A stretch of DNA of 64,000 nucleotides, taken from the NCBI GenBank assembly GCA_977016875.1, contig CDRNST010000091.1:558001-622000 (forward strand), given 5' to 3'. Positions 23,915 through 35,200 of the stretch are shown piece after piece (positions within the stretch are counted from its first letter, which is position 1; every line of letters starts with the position of its first letter). The stretch comes from Pavona decussata (Eukaryota). Both the position numbers and the translations under genes were made by a program. The notes under the pieces are model-generated. The model was not told the DNA's origin. It searched no databases and saw only the letters and a list, made by a program, of their open reading frames with translations.

Positions 23915-26900
23915 AGGTAAGCTTAGTTTGGGAAGGATATCCACTATTAGGTTAGCTTAGGTAAGGTTACCTGAGCTTGAAGAGGGTGAACACCTGCCTT
24001 GGCGATGGCTATTGATTAGAAGATTGCAAAACTCATTGGAGTAACCTTAGCTTTGTTTGATGAGGGTGAACACTTGCCCTTGGGTTAGCTATTGTTTGGG
24101 GGATTGTGTACCTCATAGGAGTAATGTCAGTTTCATTTGGGTAGGGTGATCACCAATCCTGAGGAGGGTTAACACCTGCCCTGGGGTTAGCTATTGTTTG
24201 GAGGATTGGGCATGTAAGAGGGGTAAGGTTAACTTAGTCTGGAGAGGGTGAATGCCTGCCCTGGAGTTAGCTCCTGTTTGGGAGATTGGGCACATAACAG
24301 GGGTAAGTTTGGCTTAGTATGGGGAGGAGGAACACCTGCAATGGGGTTACCTTGTGTTAAGGGGATTGGCTACATAACAGGGGTAAGGTTGGTGATCAAA
24401 AGCTAACCCCAGGGCAGGTGTTCCTCTTCCCCAGAATAAGACAACCTTACCCCTGTTATGTGCCCAATCCCCCAAACAGGAGCTAACCCCATTGCCGGTG
24501 TTCCTCCTCCCCAGACTAAGCCAAACTTACCCCTGTTATGTGCCCAATCTCCCAAACAGGAGCTTACTCCAGGGCAGGCATTCACCCTCTCCAGACTAAG
24601 CTAACCTTACCCCTGTTACGTGATAACCCTCCAAACAGTAGCTAAGCCCAGGGCAGGTGTTCACCCTCCTCAGGATTGGCTTAGTCTGGAGAGGAGAAAC
24701 ACCCGCCCTGATGTTAGCTCGTGTTTGGGGGATTATCACGTAACAGGGGTGAGGTTAGCTTAGTCTGGGGAGGAAGAACACCTGTCCTGGGGTTAGCTTG
24801 TGTTTGGGGGATTGGAAATGTAACAGGGGTAAGGTTAGCTTAGTCTGGGGAGGAAGAACACCTGTCCTGGGGTTAGCTTGTGTTTGGGGGATTGGGCACA
24901 TAACAAGGGTAAGGTTGGCTTAGTCTGGGGAGGGTGAACAGCTACCCTGAAGTCAGCTCTCATTTGGGGGATTAAGGACCTCATAGAGGTAAGGTTAGCT
25001 TAGTCTGGGGAGGTTGAACACCTGCGCTGGTGTTAGCTCTTGTTTGGGGGATTGGGCACATAACAGGGGTAAGTTTGGCTTAGTCTGGGGAGGAGGAACA
25101 CCTGCCCTGGGGTAAGCTTGTGTTTGGGGGATTGGGTAAGGTTAACTTAGTCTGGGGGGGGAGGAACACCTGCCCTGAGGTTAGATCGTGTTTGGGGGAT
25201 TGGGCATGTAACAGGGGTAAGGTTAGCTTAGTCTGGGGAGGAGGAACACCTGCCCTGGGGTAAGCTCTTGTTTGGGGGATTGGGTACATAACAGGGAAAA
25301 GGTTGGTTTAGTCTTGGGAGGAGGAACACCTGCCCTGGAGTTGGCTCTTGTTTGGGGGATTGGGTACATAACAGGGGTAAGGTTGGCTTAGTCTTAGGAA
25401 GAGGAACACCTGCAATGGGGTTAGGTCTTGTTTGGGGGATTGGGTACATAACAGTAGCAAGGTTAACTTAGACTGGGGAGGGTGAACAGCTACCCTGGGT
25501 TCAGCTCTTGTTTGGGGAATTGTGCACCTCACAGGGGTAAGGTTAGCTTAGTTTGGGGAGGGTTAACAGGTTAACCCCTGTTATGTGCCCAATCCCCCAA
25601 ACAGGAGCTAACCCCATTGCAGGTGTTCCTCCCCTCCCCAGACTAAGCCAAACTTACCCCTGTTATGTGCCCAATCTCCCAAACAGGAGCTTACTCCAGG
25701 GCAGGCATTCACCCTCTCCAGACTAAGCTAACCTTACCCCTGTTACATGATAATCCTCCAAACAGTAGCTAAGCCCAGGGCAGGTGTTCACCCTCCTCAG
25801 GATTGGCTTAGTCTGGAGAGGAGAAACACCCGCCCTGGTGTTAGCTTGTGTTTGGGGGATTATCACCCAACAGGGGTAAGGTTAGCTTAGTCTGGGGAGG
25901 AAGAACACCTGTCCTGGGGTTAGATCGTGTTTGGGGGATTGGGCATGTAACAGGGGTAAGGTTAGCTTAGTCTGGGGAGGAAGAACACCTGTCCTGGGGT
26001 TAGCTTGTGTTTGGGGGATTGGGCACGTAACAGGGGTAAGGTTGGCTTAGTCTGGGGAGGAAGAACACCTGTCCTGGGGTTAGCTTGTGTTTGGGGGATT
26101 GGGCACATAACAGGGGTAAGGTTAGCTTAGTCTGGGGAGGGTGAACAGCTACCCTGAGGTCAGCTCTCATTTGGGGGATTAAGGACCTCATAGAGGTAAG
26201 GTTAGCTTAGTCTGGGGAGGTAAAACAACTGCCCTGGGGTTAGCTCTTGTTTGGGGCATTGGGCACCTCACAGGGGTAAGGTTAGCTTAGTCTGGGGAGG
26301 GTTAACAACTGCCCTGGTATTAGCTCTTGTTTGGGGCATTCAGCACCTCACAGAGGTAAGGTTAGCTTAGTCTGGGGAGGTAAAACAACTGCCCTGGAGT
26401 TAGGTCTTGTTTAGGGGATTGGGTAAGATTAACTTAGTCTGGCAGTGGAGGACCCCTGCCCTGAAGTTAGCTCTTGTTTGGGGTATTGGGCATTTCATAG
26501 GAGTACGAATAGGTTAGTTTGAGGAGAGTGTATAGCTGCCCTGTGTATGCTATGGTTTGTGGGATTGGACACAACATAGGGGTAGAACACCTGCCCTAGG
26601 GTTAGGGGTATTGCTTAGCATGCCATAGGGGTAATGTTAACTTAGTTTGGTAGGGATGGACACCTGCCCTGGGGATGGCTATATTTGTTTGGGGGATTGA
26701 GCACCTCACAGATGTAAGGTTAGCTTAGTTTGTCTTGGGGAGAGGTATTCTTTACGGTTTTTTGCTTCTCATAGGAGTAAGTTGAGCTTCGTTTTAGGAG
26801 GGAAACACTTGCACTAGCATTACATGTAGCTCTTGTTTGAGGTATTGGGCATTTCATAGGAGTATGAATAGGTTAGTTTAGGGACAGTGAATAGGTGCAC

Positions 26901-27007
26901 TGGGGTTAGCTACATTGTATTGTTTGGGGGTTCTTGCATCTCACAGGGTAAGGTAATAGCTAATAGTCAGGGGAGGAATGGACACCTTCCCTGGGTTAGC
27001 TCTTGTT
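23915..27007. repeat. 80-bp G-rich tandem satellite in intron 2 of gene A (~38 units), with two inverted blocks
   Basis: tagtctgggg recurs at 24761, 24841, 24921, 25001 and 25081; C-rich inverted blocks at ~24401-24679 and ~25570-25807. Confidence 0.95.
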
Positions 27008-27067
27008 TACCAGAACAACAATGCATATGCACACACACAGCGTGTATTGACTGTACAATATTCAATA

Positions 27068-27471
27068 AGCCCCGTCTACACGAGCAATTTTTATGTGGCA
27101 ATTTTTATTTGCACATGTAGATGATGAGAAATGACCAATTTTTATGTGACAACTGCATTTGCCGAAAAGCCGCATAGTTTTTATGTGGCAAATAAATATT
27201 GCCACATTAAAAAAATTGTCCCTGTAGACGAGATGCCACATAAAATGTGACAATTTTTTCAACGTCATCTGTAGAACCCAGTCCCTACAGTCCCTAACAT
27301 TTGCTCATCCAGCATGACGCCATCTTGCTTTTTGGCTTTCCATGGACATTTCCGCTGTGTGAAATTATTACTGACGCAAATTAACAACAAATATTTGTTG
27401 AGCCATCTACATGGCAAATAAAAATTGTCATATACAGTTGCCACATAAAAATTGCTCGTGTAGACAGGGCT
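27068..27471. mobile_element. Harbinger-like MITE
   Basis: TIR agccccgtctacacgagcaatttttatgtggcaa / ttgccacataaaaattgctcgtgtagacagggct; absent from the homologous site in gene B (~52010). Confidence 0.85.
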
Positions 27472-27515
27472 TTAGCTATATCAGTTCAATTACCGGCAGA
27501 CTGAGAGTTAATTAC

Positions 27516-27536
27516 CTTAATTGTCAACCTGGACAT
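27516..27536 (-). CDS. Gene A exon 2 coding part (MSRLTIK); whole exon 27516-27584
   Basis: tttttacag|TTTTAATTTAG...GTG ATG TCC AGG TTG ACA ATT AAG|gtaat; phase 0 joins GAT TCC TCC TTG of exon 3; the exon is identical in gene B. Confidence 0.8.
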
Positions 27537-27973
27537 CACAGGAAGCCTTCAGAAACAACCTTCAACTCTGATGCTAAATTAAAACTGTAAAAAGAAATAA
27601 AAGCATGTTTCAGTAGGGCGGTTGCATGTGATTTCATGTTTGCTTGACCAATATTGTTTTCAAATAGAAATCCCTACAACACAAGGTTTTATTTTCCCCC
27701 ATGTACATGCACAGTACTAGCCACTGGATTAGCAAGACCTACATAGGATGTTTGGAATATGATGGATTTACAAGCAAACTACATATCCCTTCATGTGTAT
27801 AATTCAATAATTTTAAACAATCTTATACAAGAGCAGACTTAATGCAGCCATAACTCGTATTCATACTGAGCTTATAGTTACTGGGAAATTAATTTTAAGA
27901 CCAGTTGGGACAACTAGAGTGGCACTGGAAACAGCTTCTCAAGAAAGGGATTATGTGGACCATAGTTTAGTTA

Positions 27974-28523
27974 CAACGGTTACCAATGGCACGCGACCTA
28001 CAGCATTGAAAAGAGTCGGATAAAGTTGCGTTTTGGTGGACGTCAATCAAAGAAAAGCCGTTGAAATTATTTTGAATTCTGACAAGATTCCTAGGTAACC
28101 CTGCAAGAAACTAAGAATTTAACCTCGCTAAGAGAAGGTAAACTTTATTTAAATTGATTCTCCAGCGCAAATAAAACGTATTTTTGAATTAAAAATTTCA
28201 TTTTCACTGCACGTGATAATTTGCTCACTTGCACGCATCGCTGATTTAATTGTCAGGTGTAGCGATATTTCAAATGTTTCGTAAAGAAATACGGCTTCAT
28301 CTAAACAATGCGCATTTTTTAGATAACCTGTTTTGGAAATCAACTTTCATAAAGTTTACCATCCGTCAGCGGATAAAACTGTCAATTTCTTTGTTCTGTT
28401 GCCTTGAAATGTTCTCAGAATTCAAAACAATTTCAACGGCTTTTCTTTGATTGACGTCCACCAAAACGCAACTTTATCGGAGTCTTTTGAAGGTGATAGG
28501 TCGCGTGTTATTGGTAACCGCTG
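27974..28523. mobile_element. 550-bp element with ~110-bp TIRs and TA flanks (Tc1/mariner-like)
   Basis: caacggttaccaatggcacgcgacc...gaattctga / tcagaattc...ggtcgcgtgttattggtaaccgctg; absent in gene B (~52520). Confidence 0.85.
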
Positions 28524-30989
28524 TAATGTAAGGGTGGACTCGCAAATATGGGTGATACATAGAAACCAAAAGAATTTTCTTCAGATGTTCTTGGACATAA
28601 GATGCACTCATGAACAGCACTTATGTGAGATTGCATCACAAATTTTCTTCGGTACACCAAAGCATTAGCCTTGGTAGTGATCTGAGATTCATGTTTGTTT
28701 ACTCGTAGAGGAATATACAGTGTAGGAGAGGTTAAGGAATGTTATTTGTTGGTTTGTTGTTTAAAATGTGCAGTTCCAGAAAGCATCCATACCCACCCCA
28801 AGGAAGGTGGTAGTCAGAAATTCCTAGGGGAAGGGGATCTTAAAAACCAAGAGCTAAACTGGAATAACCCAGGGGGGATGGGGCGATGCAAAAAAACCCT
28901 TCTGTTGGGGCAGATATTTTCTGGAACTGTACAATGCCTCACTGATCGATGCATTGCTTATGAGTGTTAATATAATTCACCCAGCAAGAGAAACAACATG
29001 TCTTGGCATCGGTTAACATGGATGACCTATAACCTGTTTTGAAATGGCTTGCAAAGCTTGTAAGAACCAACACAACAGTGAACGAATATTTGAGGAATTG
29101 AGGGAATCACTTTACGGCTTCCTGTTTCATTTAAAATGCATTTTGCATTTAGAATCTATGAGAAGTGAGTCTGTACCAACAAAAAGTTTTTTTGTTCTGA
29201 AACAAAAAAAACAGCACAAAAGCCACCAGCCAAGCAAAAATTAGTTGAAGAAAAGCAAAGAAATCTTCCAAACACGATGCACATGTAACCAAAAAAACTT
29301 GAAAAGATGCTGAAGAATTGAAATTTTTGAGCCGAAAAGTGCAGAAATGGCGTGGAACTATAATTAGAAAGTTAAATTTCTCAACGGAAATAGCTGAATC
29401 TGCTTTGGAGGCAAAGATGTTCTCAGTTCTCTTTGAATACCCAAATCTTTTCTATGAGCCCAGCTTTAAATAATGGATATAAATGATTCTTTACATGCTT
29501 AAAATCACCTGCAATTTTTCCATCACATATTTTTCACATAACAAAGTATGTCATCATGTTGGGAAAAAAAATTCTGGTAGGGAGGTTAAACCATTGGCGA
29601 TTTCCCTTCCACCGAGCAGTGTAAGTAGGAAACATGAACTTATCATGGATGACATCAACATTTCTGGCGTTAATACCAAGATTTTGCCACTTTTGTGTGA
29701 TGTGTGATGTCATTTTTGAGACCATCATTGATATAACTTTGAACTCAAAAGAAAGATTGAGTTAATCAAATAATTTGAATGAATCATTTTCAACACAAAC
29801 ATTTCACACGTAAAGATATCATACTTTTTGACTAAGCTTCGTCTCAGTCCGTGCAGGAAAGCAATCAGGAATAGTCAGTTGACTAGGGCTTTTTCCTCTT
29901 AGCGAAGCACTGGCAATATTGTCCTCAGTAAGAGTAATTTTAGTCAAGTTTCCTAGAGTCATGTCTAATCTGTCCTATATTTCTCTACAGATTCCCATGA
30001 AACATCACCAGCAAGCCTTGTTTTGAAATTACCAAAGAAAACATGACATCATCATGTATAAGGCTCTATCGGAACAAAATGTTTAGTTAAGAAAATGGAG
30101 GGGGAGGGGAAGGCTTATTTGATGGCTTGTATGAAAGGTTTTAAGGGTTAAGTATCCTGTGCAGTAGGACTGATTTCAAGAACCAACAAAAACTTACCAA
30201 AAGTTGCTGCAGAGTATAGCATCACTGACATCTTGAATCCACTTAAAGCAACACTAGGACACTGGCAAGGTCTTTAAAATTACATTAAAAAACCAATTAG
30301 TGATAGAACACTGTTAGTAATAACCCACTAACTTAAACGTATAACGCATTAAGTTGGTAATATATTCTCGCATAATTTTGCATACATTTACAGGTGTGAA
30401 TTAATGTGTGTCAATCGAACTAGTTTGAAAAAACGTATGGACAGCTTAATTACCCTCTTATGTAAATTCAGATCCATTAATCCAAGAAAAAGTACACGAC
30501 AGTGAAAATTCACCTTGAGTAACGTTTAGCCTAAAGGATTGGGACATCAATCTTAAGAATTAAGACTCCAATTTATTACACAACTCCAATTTCTCATGCA
30601 TGCATCACAAATATGACCTATATGCAACTATGGACAATCAATAAATCCGATATTTTGTATAAAGTACAGAAGGTTAAGAAAATTTTAGCAACTGAATCAA
30701 CCTACTGGAAGCATGCTCTATGAAGAAGACTTCAAAACAGTCACTGTGTTGAAGGATACCTGTTATTTTAGACAGACAATCAAGTTCATTTAATTCACAA
30801 TCTCAGGACACCTTCACAAAAATCGTAAGAGATTATATCGCAAATGAGTGCTAAAAAAAATTACCATACTGTAAACCATGACAAAAGTGTCTGCAATGAT
30901 CACTCATCTTTCCTAGACGTATCTTTTCACTTAATATCTCATTTGCAAGCAAGGGCCGGCCCCAAGTTGTAAACAGTAAGTTTATGTAA

Positions 30990-31395
30990 GGCCTAGTTTA
31001 TACGTCACGCTACAGTCAAATTTAATTCCATTAAATTCCTCGTTCCGTTAACATAAATTGTGGCGTGGTTTATGCGTCGAAATCAATACGGTTGAATTTA
31101 ATTCACTTCCCAAATGAAGTGTCTCTGGTCGCCACGGATCGCTGCGGGCTTGTTAAAATAAGTTTGAAATACATTTAAAAAATGTATGCATTTCATTCGA
31201 CGCAATGCTAGTACAACGCTTAAACTGAAGACGCGTTATCGATATTTTATCCATCTTACCAAGACAGATAAAATGTCTAAGACGAATTTAATTTGTTTTA
31301 GACGTCACGCTATCGTCGAATTTAATTGCTTGAGGGACCTTGAATTAAATTCGTCTGAATTCAATTCGATTGTAGCGCGACGTATAAACTAGGCC
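30990..31395. mobile_element. 406-bp PIF/Harbinger-like MITE
   Basis: TIR ggcctagtttatacgtc / gacgtataaactaggcc; TAA TSD; empty site at ~945. Confidence 0.92.
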
Positions 31396-31994
31396 TAAGT
31401 TTATGTAAGTTATTAAAAAAGTAAGTTTTTTTAGACATATTCTCTGGACTGGGGGTTAATTATATAAAATCTCCACTGATCTCACAGTTGTTTTGTATTA
31501 ATTTATTATTTTGCCATTGGACCTGAGAGATTCAGACAACAAACAAACAAAAAAATAGTCACAACATGAGCTTAACATGAATTATGATGACATAAATCAA
31601 ACATGTTCCTGTAAAATTCGCAGAAGCATTCAAATTTGGAAATTTTTTTTCGATGGATACCTACATGTAAGCTTAACTTTAAGAAGGCCGAAGAAAAAAA
31701 CTCCGGCTGTTTTCATTCTTGATCGTCAGCTCTATCCTTAAATTAACTACAGTGATAGCCAGCAAGAGTTATGAGAGTTCACAAATAAATCAAATTCGCT
31801 TCTAAGCAGATTGTACATGTCACGCGATCCGTCTCACAAACTTTAAGTGCGGACTTGCTTCGGAACAGAAGTGTGTACGTTCTGCTAGATTTATGCTCGC
31901 TGTTTGTGGAGGAGGGTAAGTATGACAGCGGTGCACAGAGCTTGAACTTATTTTATCTCGCCATTGAGTTCCCATAAACTTGTCCCAAGCTTAC

Positions 31995-32060
31995 CTTCTG
32001 GCATGCCGAAAATCTGCAGGGAAATTGAGCTGCACATATAAAACGCCAAAGCGATCAAGC
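31995..32060 (-). other. Gene A exon 1 (5'UTR with uORF start)
   Basis: ATGCCAGAAG|gtaagc at 32004-31995; the 5' end is not determinable. Confidence 0.65.
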
Positions 32061-32280
32061 TTTTCCCAGCAGCCTACATATTGAGACTCTTGTGACTCAA
32101 TGAAGTCAGCCCATGGTTACACGATTGATAACAGATAAGAAACAGCGAAAATTCAAAGACAAAAGATACAAAACAATTTAAAACTGCACCCTGATGAAGA
32201 CCATTCCCTGGACTTCCGCGTTGCTCCCAAATATGGTAAAGGGCTTATTTTATTGGTCAAATAGTGTCACATGGTTTGTC
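32005..32280 (-). promoter_or_regulatory. Putative proximal promoter of gene A
   Basis: AP-1 TGACTCA at 32093-32099, ETS CGGAAGT on minus strand at ~32212-32218, CCAAT at 32252-32256, E-box GTCACATG. Confidence 0.45.
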
Positions 32281-35200
32281 ATATGAAGCTGGCTGGAGGA
32301 ACAAGATTCTACGCTGGACAGAGCTGGACAAGGAATCAAGGATTAAGGACAAGGTAATGGATTTTTGAGGGCATTGAAAGAGAAAAACCCAAGTATAAAA
32401 TCAAGAACACACAACCTGGATGACTTAACCCCAGTCTCATCAAGGCCCTATTCTTCACCGTTCATGAGTCGTTTGTTTTGTATTTGTTTTTTAACTCTCC
32501 TTGGGCAGAAGCCAGTGATCTGGCTACTAAGGGGCTATTTTCATGGAGGAAAATTCAATTAAGTACTATGAAGATCCTAGAAGGCAGATCACCCTTGCAC
32601 CATGTGTTTTCTGTATTTAGTTTACATGCAAAAAGTTGTACTTGGCCCTAGCGATAGGATCTTGCCGGCTAGCTGACGACTGAGCGGAGAGATAAGATGA
32701 TCCTAGCACCATGTAAACTAGATCCGCTTGAAAGATCCTAGTACTAGGGACAAAAAAGAACAAACATGACTGCAGCCGAGCGTTCAGCTGCTAAAGGCCG
32801 ACAATTTTTCTTCTTTTCGTTCTCCACTTGGTAACTACTCCGACCGAAATTTCTGCACATGAAACAATGGAAACGTTGATCCGCCTTCTTGGGTCTTCCT
32901 TGTGCTAGGATCCTTCTCCCTTCATGTAAACAGCACCTAAGCCTTGGACACTTTCCTTTTCCGAGTAGATGTATTTTTAGAACAGTTCTCAGGGGACTTT
33001 CTGACCGTCCACAGTTCAATTATCCAATCAAAGGAGAGAAATGGCAGTTAAATTGTAATACATCATACCTTCTCGCTTGAAGGGTCGTTTTAAAAATAAA
33101 CTTTACTCAGGGAAGTTTTTCAATCGAGGAATTAATACAATACAACAGAGACAGACAGTCATGGGCTCCTGACCTGGGCTGTTGCCTTGGCTGAAGCCTA
33201 TGCCGACGGCGGTTCAAGCTCCTGACAGGTCCAACAAGGCCGGACAGGCTTTGGAGGAAAGACCAGACAAAAGACAGTTGCTGGCTCTCGAGGTTTGGGG
33301 TTTTGGAATGGGGTCAACTACTCCACCTTGTTAAGGAGCTCTGTCATACGGAAACCGTTACAATCAGGCTTCAAGCACAGACCTTGTCAACTTAAACTCT
33401 AACCAACCAACCGACAGGATGACTACTACTGAAAGCCTTCTCAGGGACGCTAGTAGTGCGAGTGTGAGTTTTCTGAGGTCCAAAGCAAAGCATGGAATGC
33501 CGTGCGCACCATGAACGAAACAGGTTATTGGTGAGATGAAAAGGTAACAGCTGAACATCATTGGAATAAGTGAATGCCCATGTTCAGATGGCTCGGCCAT
33601 GTTCTAAGAATACCCCGGTAACGCATACCGCAAAAAACACTAAGGTGGACACCCGAGAAAGAAAACAAAAACAAAAACAAAAAAAAAAAAGAAGAAAGGG
33701 CCGCGGAATCTGAACCCAGAGATGCGAGCCTTATGCACTTGTCATCGGCTTTCCCGAGGTTGGTGAATCCCCGGAATGGGCAAGGATTTGGTAATTGTGC
33801 ATTTCAAAGTCCCTGTAATTCCCCGCCTGCGGTTTTTTTTTCTAGCAAAGCCCCCATCCGGTGGGGAAGACAAACACTCATTAAGAGTTGAAGACGTCAC
33901 TTGAAAATATTAAGATCCAGTCCACTACTTCGCGATAATTCCAATTTTCCAGCTTGTATGGCCTATTTTATGCACAAAATAACAATGAATTTTAACACAT
34001 ACCTTTTCGTTTTTCTCCGCCAAACTTTATCTATCGACGAAAAGACAACTTGTTCCCAATCTCCTGTCGCTGTTTGAGATGCAAAGTCCCCACAGGTCAG
34101 GTAGTCATAAATCTAACTCCCCACATTTCCCCCACCCTCCTCAATGTCTTGCATTTGTTTTAAAGTCCCCAAAACGATCTCAATTCCCCCAGATATGACG
34201 CGGGCCCCCGCCTCAGGGAAGCCGATAACAAGTGCAAAGATAGCAAAAGATCACGAGAAATGCCCGGGAAGAAGGGTGGAGGGAGGGGGGGGGGGGGGGA
34301 TGCGGCGGTGTTCTCCAAACCCTGGCCCTACTGTAATTTTTCAGTATCTTTTTTAACACCTGCCACTAAAATTCATACCAATTTTTAGACCTGGTTTCCA
34401 GACACTCTACCCATTCTCAGACTTTCAAACCAAACTGGTCAAAATTTGTTCCCTACTCCAGACCAAACGGCTCAAAAACCACACCCTTTGGCAGCACAGT
34501 CTATATAGGGAAGTCCCCCGGGGGAGAGTTAACAGGGGATGGTTGCGACTTTATACCTCACTGAGGGGCGAAGAGGATAAGTGAGTTACTTTTGTATTTA
34601 AAGAAAAATGATAAACGCTATCTGCCATTGGTAAGAGATTAGAAAAAATTCCAGCAGATCTGCATCTATCAAAAGCTCTTTTTTCACTGGAACCTGCATG
34701 CAGCTTTATTGTTTCTCTAGGGATGAGAACATTCTCCTTTTATTCGCTTTGTTGTCCTCTTGACCAACCATGCAAGACGTTGCAAATGGTGCACGTCGCC
34801 CAAAAAATCCTCCATTTGGTGGCCAAATTTTTCGCTGGTTAAATTGCTTCAATTTGTAGAGAGCCCATTTTTTCAACAACACGCGCATGACGAGAAATAA
34901 TACTAAGCTCGCAATAAATATTTTCCAGGCTTTGTCGCAAGAAGATATTTCAAAGTTCCTGGAGAGGGGGGGGGGATATCCTAGAAATTTCAGGGTAGCT
35001 GCGGGTGCTCATCTGGGACGAGCCCTCAGAGTGGAAACTTAGCCCCTCAGAATACCTAGCAAAAAAGGCCATAACATTGGAGCGATGGGCTCCTGGTGCA
35101 ATATTGTTTGAGAATAAGAAACAATGTATGCCATTTTTGTCCAAATTGAAACCAATGTCTAAAAATGCATGGACATCGCAAATTTTGATTTGGTTAGGCA

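Larger units (their letters stand above)
14836..32004 (-). other. Gene A: glycosyltransferase(GT4)-NACHT-LRR-like NOD-like receptor, 6 exons, 1709 aa predicted
   Basis: Coding exons of 21+1228+108+93+3680 = 5130 nt join in frame through canonical GT-AG introns (phases 0,1,1,1). Confidence 0.85.

Noticed and set aside
24403-26191. Short Pro/Gln-rich ORFs (PQTKLTLP...) as proteins
   Set aside because: They are translations of the satellite; the 80-bp period is not a multiple of 3
23915-27007. 80-bp repeats as a CRISPR array or interstitial telomere
   Set aside because: Units are contiguous with no unique spacers and no cas genes; GGTTAG motifs occur but there is no tandem TTAGGG run
31995-32004. 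Exon-1 ATG as the main start codon
   Set aside because: Out of frame with both exon 2 and exon 3 and stops within a few codons
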